A DNA stretch of 64,000 nucleotides from Ruditapes philippinarum. Taxonomy: Eukaryota. The DNA lies in assembly GCF_026571515.1 (NCBI RefSeq), contig NW_026854858.1:1-64000 (forward strand), given 5' to 3'. The notes below the pieces were generated by a model that was not told the origin of the DNA, did no database searches, and saw only the letters and a list, made by a program, of their open reading frames with translations. Below, piece after piece: positions 1 to 11,100 of the stretch (positions within the stretch are counted from its first letter, which is position 1; each line of letters begins with the position of its first letter). A program made the position numbers and the translations under genes.

Positions 1-600
1 GTTATTTTGGATAGTTTAGGATTTCGTTAAAAAATTTTAAAGCAACGGGCCCCGGGCGTTTGGGTTTTCTACAAACAAAGTCAAATGTTTTGTACTTAAG
101 GGGGAAATTTTTTAAAAATTTCCCCTCCTTTAGGCAGTCACTTTCCCTTTAAAGGGAAAGGGCACAAAGTTTGGGAAAAAAACATTTTTTTGGGCGTAAG
201 CATTTTTTAACTTAGATGTAAAAATTTTTTGATTTGACGTCATTTAAAATTAAAAACATTTTTTTTAAATTTTTAAATAGGTAAAGGGGTTTTAAAAAGG
301 CCAATTTTTTTTATTTTGATTAAATTGAAATTCTTTTTTAAAGGGAATTTATTAAAAAATTTAACATTTTTAAAAAATTTGAAAAAAAAAAATTTTTTTT
401 TTTTTTCTTTTTTTTTTTAATTTTTTTTTTTTTTTTTTTTTTTTTTATTTTTTTTTTTTTTTTTTTTCAACAACACTTTTTTTTTAGACATTTTTTTTTT
501 CTTTGGGGGGAAATTTTTTTATTTTTTTTTTCTTTACGTTTTTTTTTTTTTTTATTTTTTAAATTTTATAGTTAGGTTTTCGTTTAAAAGGGTTTATCAT
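1..600. other. Homopolymer-rich low-complexity / probably low-quality sequence
   Basis: Long poly-T tracts at 390-560 and inflated homopolymers of all four bases. Confidence 0.7.
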
Positions 601-3600
601 TTGACATATCCCTTTTTAAATTAAAACTGGCATTAAGAAATATCAGATGTGGGAATATTAATGCTGTTGGACAATAAATTATCTTCGTAAATGTTCATTT
701 AAAGGCACGCCTACTGCCGTCGGGTTTAAAGTCACCAAAAAATATTCGTCTGAAAAACCATATGAAACGTGAATTCAAAATTATACAAAGTCTAACCTTA
801 ATTCCAAATAACGTTCTTAACTTTCACCTCAAGGCAAATGTTGCACAAGGTAGGAATCCCATAAATGGCCGTCTCTCCCTAGGTCGTTATGGGCTTGCCA
901 TATATTTATGAATAAACCACCAAACAACAGTTACAAAACTTGCATTCTGAAATATTAATGGTAATTGTAGGAGGTAATCTATGTAGCTAATTTGTGCCAT
1001 TCGTGGTTTTCTCGCTCCGCGAACCCCCGACAAGCGAAAAGTCGAGGACTTGGACGAGTTAAATGGCGTGGGCGCGAGCCGAAAAGTCACTAATTAGCGG
1101 AGGCGCAGGGCGAAATTTAAGAAATAAAACGGCGTTACGGAGCGAAAACACGCTTATAATGCGGAAGGCGTGGGAACGAAGTTTAAGAAAAACTTCGTCG
1201 CGCGCCCTTGCTTAAAGCGTTGCTGGTCGCCCTGCGACCTCTCCAAGGAAAATCGAGAAATAAACATGTTCAAATGTCGAGGCCGCTAAGCAAAAAACCG
1301 CAAATTTAGCGAGTGGCGGTGGCGAAGTTTAAGAAATAAATTAGGTGTACACCTGGTCTTACATAATAAAAAACCTGACTATAATTTATAAGTAAAAATT
1401 TAACATTTTGGCATAAAGAGATTTGAGATATACCATAAATGGTGTTTAAAAAGAAAGGGTAAAATGGATAAAAAAGAAAACAAAGTTGCCCATTTTGGGG
1501 GTTTTGAACCCAAAATCCCTTCAGTAGCAATGCATGTGACAGGTGATTTCTAAGCCATTTCCAATACTCTTCAAAGTTTGAGGCTATGATTAGCGTGATC
1601 CACATTTCAGTCGGCACCAACTGGTCTTGTCACAGCGCTGGTTGGCTGTCGGGAAAATATGTCCTAAATGTTAAAAACTCTCGACTTTTATTTCCGCACT
1701 CTGAAGGGGGGGGGGGTTAAAACTTTTTACTCGTATGCCGCCGTGTCTGCATATGTGCGTCCTGTCCGTCCTGGAATCTATAGTGTTTGGTCTCCATGAA
1801 TTGATAACGGTCATGAAATTTTACATTGAACGATGGTCAGCATTATTTTAATTGTTGCACCTGGGGGGTTCCGCTTGTCGAAATTCGGGACAGTCCATGC
1901 CAGAGTTATTGCCCCTTGACTCAAATCAAAAATTGTCAACTTGTGTCGCGTGAGCTTCAACAGTTTTTGAACTAAGGGCAATGGACATGGAACTTTAACA
2001 TGAATTGTAGTTGTTCACCGGTCCCAGGTTTAGCTCACACACATGTGACCGTATATGTTTTATTAGTTAATTTAATGCGCATTTTGGTTAAGTCATTTTT
2101 TTATGCGCATTATTAAGTAAGTGAGAAAACATGTTTGGTAAGCATAGAACAACTCATTTCAACCGAATGTTCTTTTTCGGTTGGGAAGGTGTGCCAATTT
2201 TCCGACCGAATTATGTCACACGTGTTACAAATTCCCAACCGAGTGTCACACGTGTGACATATTACCGGTCCATAATATACGACCCACAAAGGCGCAAACT
2301 GGTTTTTTCTTATATTTCCTGTAAAAAGTTTTCTTTATTCAACTAATATGACAGTTTTAAATTTATTTCGTTAAATTTAAAAACACATTTCAGTTACTTT
2401 TTTCCAATGAAAATAACGGTTTTTAAAAATTTTTGGAATATTTTATAAAATTTTATTATTTTTGCTTTAATAAAAAATTTAAAATTTAAAAATTTAAAAA
2501 GTTTTAAACAGTTTTTTATTTAAAAATTAAAAAGAAGGGGAATTTTATTCAAACTAAATTACCGGGAAAAAAAAAAGAACTACCCAAATTTTTGCTTTAA
2601 AGGGAAAAGCCCTAAAAAAAAGTTTAAGGGTATATGAGGAAAATTGTTTTAAAATTTCCCTCCTCACAAAAAACCCGTTTTGTTTTTTCCCGTCTCTTCA
2701 CTTACGTGTATTCATCAAAAAAGACGGGCCGGGGTGTGTACCATTTTCCGAACTTTGAGCTTTACTGTTTGACCTTTCAGTTTTAGGTTAGCTGTCACAG
2801 GGGTTCATTCACTGCTGGTAAAAGACACCTGCATCACAAACTGTTTCGTTCATTTTGAGCTGAAACGATCCCATTAAGCCGGCATATTGATAGTTTTACC
2901 TGATCGGACCCTCTCAAGCCTCTTTAAACCATTTTCATTTAAAAAGGGACCTCCCCTGGGAGTTTATTTTAACATACTGACACTGAAAATATTTTCCCGT
3001 TGTTTAAAAAACCATTTGATGTGAGTCCGAACCAATACATGTAACTTGTGTGCAAATTTTTAGATCATTCCTTTCTCTGATTTTCCAGAATAATAATTTT
3101 AATGTGAAAAATGACCAAAAAAAAAGAGCTACAATATTTTTCACTCAAATAGGGCAATAAACCTATCAATTGCACTAACTATGATTTTCAAATTTATAAC
3201 GTGTATACGAGTATTTTTTTTATTATTCTTCACAAATGTTTATATTTTAAGTGCTTCACTTCAACTCGGATCTTAATCCGTGACTTGGAACTATGAATAA
3301 AAAATACAAATTGTATATTTAGCTTTTTTGACGTCAGTGGATCTCCTTTAACTTTGCCGTGTTTTGAATACATTACCTTTACATGTATCCTTTTTTTACG
3401 GTGTGAACATTTATTGTAGGGCACACGTTTTCACAGTTTTTTCATTCATTTATTTTAAAGCTGGATAGTGACGGTCTCTCGGTCCCTTTTCGTTTTAATT
3501 AGCTCCGTAGTTTAGAATAATGATATCATTTTTCGTAGGAATTTCGTCTGTATTATCTTCATAGTATGTTATGAAGTACGGAGTTTCGGTCAATGCAAAC

Positions 3601-4777
3601 TTGTAATCGAATCATAGTAAGCTTTTGCAGGTTTGCTTGCTCTTAATATTTATTACATCGCTACGTCAAATGTGTTAGATTCAGGTAGCATTTAAATAAA
3701 GAATAACAATTAATTTTATTTCTACTTCAAGTATGGTTAAAGCAGGTAAATTAATATACTTCATTCGTTCTTGGTATTAAATGTAGCAATCAGCTGCAAG
3801 CAAAACAACAAAACTAACAAAAACAACAGCAGCACGGTTTATTAAGCAAGTATTAGTATATTAACACTGTTATCTTCTTGACGTGCGCGAAACATGAAAT
3901 ATTCACATCATCTAGACCTCAAGTTTTACACTTCTCCAAAACATCTGTTACGTAATCAGTATCAAAATAATCAGTCTGATTCAGAAAACACTTTTTTATC
4001 GTTAAACATAAACAGTAGATGTTATCTATATGAGTAAATACAGTGTCTGACTTTATTTAACCATTAACTGTCTTAAGAAATGACGTAAGAAGACAGTTAT
4101 CTTTATATTATCTTTATATTAAAATATAATAGAATTTGTGTATTTCAAAGTCATTTCAAAAGTCATTTCTACACGAAAACTATAAAACATAGTTCGTTTC
4201 CTGCCAAGAATTTATCTTTCGCTGAGTCATACATATGTTTGTTTATATCTTCATCACTGCAGTATAAAACTTAAAACATAGAGAGCTTCACCAGCCTTTA
4301 GGCTTATCAGTAAATCTTCAATGAACAAACTGAATTGTTTCCTATTTAAATCATTAATCGAGTAAACAAAAAAGTGGGTAACTTGATTATTTTTAAGGAA
4401 CATGTTCTTTTCAATTTTATTAATCAACTAGTACAACCAGAATAATAAATAATACAGTCAGGCATGTCTTCTAAGACTCCTGTTGGATTTGACTCCATCT
4501 CAAAAATTGTTTCAAATGCACTGAGTTTACTTCTTGATTTAGGAAAATCCTGGTTTTTTACATAATGAATTGTAGAGAAAATGAGGATGAGAAGGTAAAT
4601 ATAGTAAGGAAAACACCAATGTTTCAGAGACTTTTTACTGAATTGCGTTTGAATTTAATAATCTTATGATCTATTATATATGTTGTAAAGCAGTACGGAC
4701 CGATGAAGACATATCTGTAATATTTTGTAATGCAATGTTTTGCCTTTTAAAAAAACTTACCAATGTATGCATTAAGG

Positions 4778-4873
4778 CATCGTCGGATACCCACGTATTG
4801 ATAAACATGTCACATAACATGCCAATCAAATAGAATAAATGTTAATGGTTTGGCCGTGGGTATCCGACGACTG
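4778..4873. mobile_element. ~100-bp MITE
   Basis: TIR TCGTCGGATACCCACG / CGTGGGTATCCGACGA; flanking direct repeat GCATTAAGG at 4769-77 and 4874-82. Confidence 0.65.
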
Positions 4874-7149
4874 GCATTAAGGTTACTTGTGTTTATAATT
4901 TAATGACTTGTTTGAAAAAAAAGTATTTTAATTCAATTTGACGTGTTCAAACGGACGCAAAAACTCACTCTGCTGCCATAAAAACTCAGATGTTAAAATA
5001 CATTTTAAGACTTCTGATATATGTGGATACATTGTACACATAGGGTGCCGGAACGACCCACTGGTTTGTAATAAGGCATTTACAAATCATTTCACTTAAA
5101 CCGCGGAAAATAGTAGCACGTATTTCCGCTAGCGATAAACAATTAAATGATAGCTTTCGTCTCACAGTGATATTTCTCAGAATTAATGAATGAAAATGAA
5201 GGATATTGTAATGACAAGCGTTGGTGTAAAACGGCCCTAACATCAACAGGAATATTTCATCATAGAGATGGGAGGGAAATTGCACGCGCGTCTGCTAAAC
5301 ATATTAATGCCGGAAAAAACACCACTGATGTTTACAAGCGGAACTATTTAGACAAGTGTATTAGGATACATTTTCATGTATAAAAAAGAAATTATGTACA
5401 CATTTTAATAACCGTCTGAGATAAATAGGCTACTCGTTGTTTTCTTTCGACGATTAATTACTGTTCCGTTCCTGTACATGTAGATCCTTCTTGTTAAAAC
5501 CAACAATTTCTTTGTGGGTTTTTTTAGGGTAGAAATACATTACATGCAAATGATGAATATTGAATGTCTGGTTTATGTCTAGAGGAAGTGTTATCATTTG
5601 AAACACAGATTTTATCATAAAGCATAAATTGACAAAATTACCTGCCATAATCTTGTCTTGGAATAGTTGTAAACTCCTCAATTCACGTACAATGGAATGG
5701 TGCAGAGAGACAATGTTATCGCCGAGTTTGATGTAAAGAAATGCAAAAAGTCCGACACACAAATTCCGGTTTTATCCTTCAGTTCGCATCGTATTTTATG
5801 TACTCTTAAATATAAACGCTACATCTTTAGAATCTATCATTAACTATACGATATCAATTTTATGCTAGATGTAGAAGAAAAATTGAAAAGATACACCGCG
5901 TTTTTGTCCTATTATCCAGTGCAAGTGTACACAAAAGAGAAAGAGAAAAAAGAAATTTCTTTCCGCACATTTCGCACGTGTTAAGAATGGGAGAGTTATA
6001 CGGGAGTTATACGCTGGTAGTAAACGCTTTCAGGTAATCATATCGTATCAGACGCTCGCAGAACATTCCAGGCACAGAGCCTTTGAACTTATCATTTTAT
6101 ATCTGTTTTATTTCATCTCTTACGAGCGTTCTTACAAATTTTCGGCTGCTGAAAACAGAACTCAATCGTCATATATCACTAGAATTACTACATGTTATAT
6201 GTAAATTTTGCCCAGAAAGTACAATCTATTGTAAAGACAAGATTACATTAAACACACATTGCTAAACTGTTTACATTAATAAATGTATGACTTAATGCTT
6301 ATTCTTACATTTGGAAATAAATAAAAAAAAATAGTTTTCATTTGTTTAAACTCAATGCACAATCATGTTGCTTATTTTTAAACCAGGAGAGACTAAAAGT
6401 TTTGTATTGTCGAGATACATTGTAATACCTTTTTCGAGAACAATTATCGTAAAATCATGAATTTTAAAGTGGGAACTGACAGATATAGGCATCAGACAAA
6501 GTAATATTCATAGATTTACTCTATTTTGTATTCAAGGTCAAAATATTACGAAATAAATAAATATCTTGTAAGTGTAATATCTTTACTTTAAACAGCAATA
6601 AAATTTATATGATAGCGTAATTGAAGAATCAGTAGCGGTTGGTACGTTCGTGCGTAAACCATAAATTTATAACGCTTAATTTCTTGAATGGATTTGTCCA
6701 TGTTTCAATCTGGATAGAATCATTCATCACTTTGTTGCAAAATAGAAATTACTTAATGAAAAAGCGAACAACAGTGCAAACCAGACTAGCGTGCCTGTTT
6801 GCTTGTGTGTGCTTTTTTTGTCACTTGTCACATGGGTAGAACGAGTTTCCGTCAGCAAGCATGCTAAGGCTTTCATAAATAAGTATTTTTTATCACAAAA
6901 TATTGAACAATATTTTATCTAAAGCAAACGCATAACAAATCATACAATTTGTTTTTCTTGATCATTACTATGAAGCGAAATATTTACTTTTATCTAGTTT
7001 CAAGTGTAGGCGTAAGATTATTTGTAACCTAATATTTCTTATTTCGTATTTTACATTTGCCGCATGATATAACAGTAGCTTGTTTCAAATGCAAATATAT
7101 TCAAAATTCACTGACCAGATTCTTTCTATTTCTTCTTTTTAAGTTTTAA

Positions 7150-7657
7150 AGGGGGACATTGTCAATTTTTTCATTGCCTCGTTTTGAATTTTTCATTCAA
7201 TATTCTGTAAATGTCCTCAAAATAAATACACAAGGCAGTCACATGAACAAATCTTTTCTCATTATAAAGTATTATAGGATGGTTTTCTAACCTGACCCAC
7301 GCGGAGCAGGTTAGAGCGTAAAGAGTTCAAAAAAGTTGCCACAGTGACCTTTGGAAAAGTCAAAGAACATGTCAAATGAATGACTTGGACTTGTTTCAAT
7401 CAAATAATATCCACAATATATGTTATTGCAACTTCCAGGATTTGTTCAAGTCACAAAACTTGTTTTAAAACTACTCGGTGATTCTGTCGACTTTTAAATT
7501 TTGTTCAATATAATATATAGATATATTTACGCTTCAAACCCAAAATATATGGAATGAATACGATTTTTCATGCTGGGATTAAAAATGTCATTTTAGCGTG
7601 ATTTGAGTTCATAAGATCATCTTGATAATTTTTTTATTATTTTGCCTGAGTACCCCT
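7150..7657. mobile_element. Degraded TTAA-flanked MITE upstream of the BRICHOS gene
   Basis: TTAA|AGGGGGAC...GTACCCCT|TTAA; TIRs short and imperfect. Confidence 0.4.
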
Positions 7658-8089
7658 TTAACATGATATTTGTAATCTGTCACACATAACATAACACAGG
7701 CACATTATTTTTATCACATATCAGCTTCATCTCCGCTGTGGTCAGGTTTGGTACAACTTTTCGGACATTATCTTTTGGACAACATAAGTCACGTGTGATC
7801 CGCAGGCAATTTTCTGTTTATGTCCAGTTTAGTGTTATTTGTAAATTTGTTAAAGATAAAATCAGATGTATCTTTAATGCGTCCGTTATCTGGGTCTGCA
7901 TCAAATACTATCTTTCACACTTACCTGACCACTACCATGTCCTCAAGGCTTTGAATGAATATATCCGAAACAATCCGAATATATTTAGTCAGAGGTTGAC
8001 TGCATTACATCTACATAAGGTTGACGACTCGCTGTTGTTTTAAAGAACAAAAATAAAACAGTAAAAAAGCAACAACTTTAAATTTCAGC

Positions 8090-8155
8090 ATGGATTTTCG
8101 AGTATTACAATTGCTCATTTTCATCGGATTATTTAACTGCATTTTAGCGTCTAAG
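8090..8155 (+). CDS. BRICHOS gene exon 1 (signal peptide)
   Basis: ATG at 8090, hydrophobic MDFRVLQLLIFIGLFNCILASK, consensus donor AAG|GTAAGT at 8156. Confidence 0.75.
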
Positions 8156-11100
8156 GTAAGTTTATACTCTCTTGATGATATATTATACATTGTATATATA
8201 TGAAAATATGATCCAAACCTAGTCAGCGGGATCAGAAGACAGGCATTGTTTATTGTAAATATTTAAAGATATTCTATGCTTAAACTTGATTCAATTGTTA
8301 CATTTTTCTTTGTAAAAATAAAATAGCATGTTTTGACTTCACACAAAGTAAATAAGTTATGTTTAAATTTATACACACTATAGGTGGCCATAATATGACT
8401 ATATAGTGTCATTAAAAAAAAACTGGCAGTTTTTGTAGTTCTTTTTTTAACGAAAAGACCTGTAAAAGGAAAAGCAGTTACATACATGTAGTTTATTTAT
8501 TCTTTTATTCAAATTAGGCATAATTATAAAGTATGAATTTGATTGATTTCAATAAATTTGTGATTAAAATATTTTACTCAAGGATGACCAAAGTATATCA
8601 GCAGCGCTTATATCTGTAAATAAAAAAAAATAAACACTAGCATTTCTATATCAGTGAAAACCAATGTCCTTTTCTGCTATAATGCACTGACAGCTATAGT
8701 ATAATGCTCCGATATATGGATCAAAGCTTAAATAAATTATAAAGAAAAATATTCCATTTTTTGTCATTTTTTTATTTTTTGATAGAATGATTATATTTTA
8801 TCGAAGATATTAAGTAATAAAGGGACATACAAATTATACTTTAGACAAAAACAGAATCAGAAAGAATACATAGTTTGAAGAAGAAAAATCGTTTACAAAA
8901 AGGGCTACCTCTATATAAAATATAACGTGTGTTATATATACTTATATATTATATAAAGATTACTTACGTTATTTTTCCAGTAAAGCTATGTGCATTAAGA
9001 TGTCATATCTTATTCAGGTTTATGAGTGGCAGAATAATTGGGGTTCAGGCTTGTCGACTAAGGAGTTTGCTCAAATTCATGAACTTGACAAAACTATAAC
9101 CCACTATGCAACAGATGAAAGCGCCTCGGCAAAAAGTTCCCCGGCTGTCAGCCTTTATGATCTTAACACGCGAGAAGATGATTTTAAAAAGGTACGTAAA
9201 ATTATAGAAAATATTTTTCATTTGTTTCTGTCTTTGATTTTTTTTTATTTTATAAGTATCATCGACAATGTAAAGGTCATATGAAGACTTCCATGATTTA
9301 CTTCTGAACTAAGATTTTACTTTCTCTTTTGTGCATTAATTTAGCAATGTTGAAAAATGTTTTACCAGGTAGAATGTTAAATCTACGGACAGTTGGTAAC
9401 GTCATTAAACATAGCATACGTTTGACGATAATTATATGTTTTTGGTTTTGGGTGATATAATGTGGATAGTATTACATATATCTTGGCAGGTAATATATCC
9501 ACATATATCACTGCAAAACCAAAATAATAATTTATTACCCTTCCCCTGCCGAGGTTTTAGAAGATTTTTTTAAAAAAATCATTGCTGTTTCAAATGAAAC
9601 GTTGAAATAAGATTCCCTTTAGGGTACCTCTTCATCACAACATTGACGTCACGCATAAAACCATGACGTATTTTTCCGTACCTAACGAATGTAACCAGAG
9701 AAAAAGGAGTTAGTCTATTGAAAGCACTTTTTTGTAATTAATATCGCTTTACATGGTCATATTGTTTTCGAATACTGATGGGAATTTGTATCATTCTCTA
9801 CTTTGGTAAATATTTATCATTTGGACAGTTAAAAAGTGCTTGTAAATCGGAATTTACACCGCGTAAAATCGAACCGTACGCGCATCACCTCAGCGCATGT
9901 TGTTTACAACGTTGGGTACCCAACAGGGAAATTTAAGGTGTATATTACCCGTCTGGCTCGGTTATATCAATATCTTTCGGGTGATCAATATCCAATCAAA
10001 AAGGCGGAAAAAATCTGGAAGGGTAATAAAATTACATGTATACCGGTACCACTGCTTAAGATATTACCAAAAATGATTCCCCGATTCCTAAAAACATTTA
10101 GAGTCAACAAGCAAGCCGGCCAAACATGATCATATAGAAAATATTTAATAATGTGGCTAGTTTGTGCCATGTTGTATTTTCGCTCCAGGGGCGACAGGCG
10201 AAAACACAAAAATAAGACAACCACCACTCTTTCGAACTTTCGTCCAGCGGAGGGCAAGGCAAAATCACAAAAATACGACCGAGCCTCAATTGCTCACCCC
10301 GCATAGCGAAAGTACGATAAAATGTTATTATAATATCGTATATTCGTGTTTTTGTCCGGTGACCCACGGAGCAAAAATACAAGTTTGCACAAATCATCTA
10401 CCAAAGAAATATGAGAGTTTAGATCATTAAGGACACCGCCGTTCATGTTACGTGTTCCCTAAAAATCTGATCATTTAATACGAAGTGTTATAAATAGCTA
10501 TGAAAATTACAGGGAGTGAGGATGAATTTATTTGGGAACGCGGGGGCTGAAGGGTAATAAAAGGGATTAGAAATATTTACAATTTAAACGAAGGAAACAC
10601 GACACAAAAACACAAAACATTTACACGTTGACAAGACAGTCAGTAGTAATTGTCTCTTGTCGTATCTCAAGTTCTTTTTTTACAAAATTCCAAAAATGCA
10701 TATTTATAGAGAATGTTTCGATAACAAATATGCATGTTTAAATACCGGTATTACACCCAACAACGTATTATTCTGTACACTTTTTAATATATTTATTCTT
10801 ATTGAAACGGTACAGTTTGATAAGTTTCGACGAAGGCAACTTAGAGCAATGCACTTAAGATTTATTCTCTCACATCTCACAACTCGTGTACTAAAATGAC
10901 ACGAAGACGTCTTAATTCGGCCGTTCGGTTTGCTCAGTAGGAAGAGCGTTGTCCAGGCTGTGAATCGAGTGACCCAGGTTCGATTCCCGGACGGAGCATG
11001 ACACTTTCTTTGTGATTGATCATAAAATCCGTTCTACGGTCATTCGCACTGTACCTCTGTTCTGGCATGTACAGAAGTAATCGTTTCCTTGCAAAAGTGA

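Noticed and set aside
8988-9284. Stand-alone 98-aa ORF starting MCIKMSY
   Set aside because: Only 9018-9191 is exon; the flanks are intronic, bounded by good splice sites that join a signal-peptide exon upstream.
9836-10430. Four overlapping ~90-aa ORFs
   Set aside because: They lie within palindromic repeat DNA in intron 2 and show no recognisable domain.
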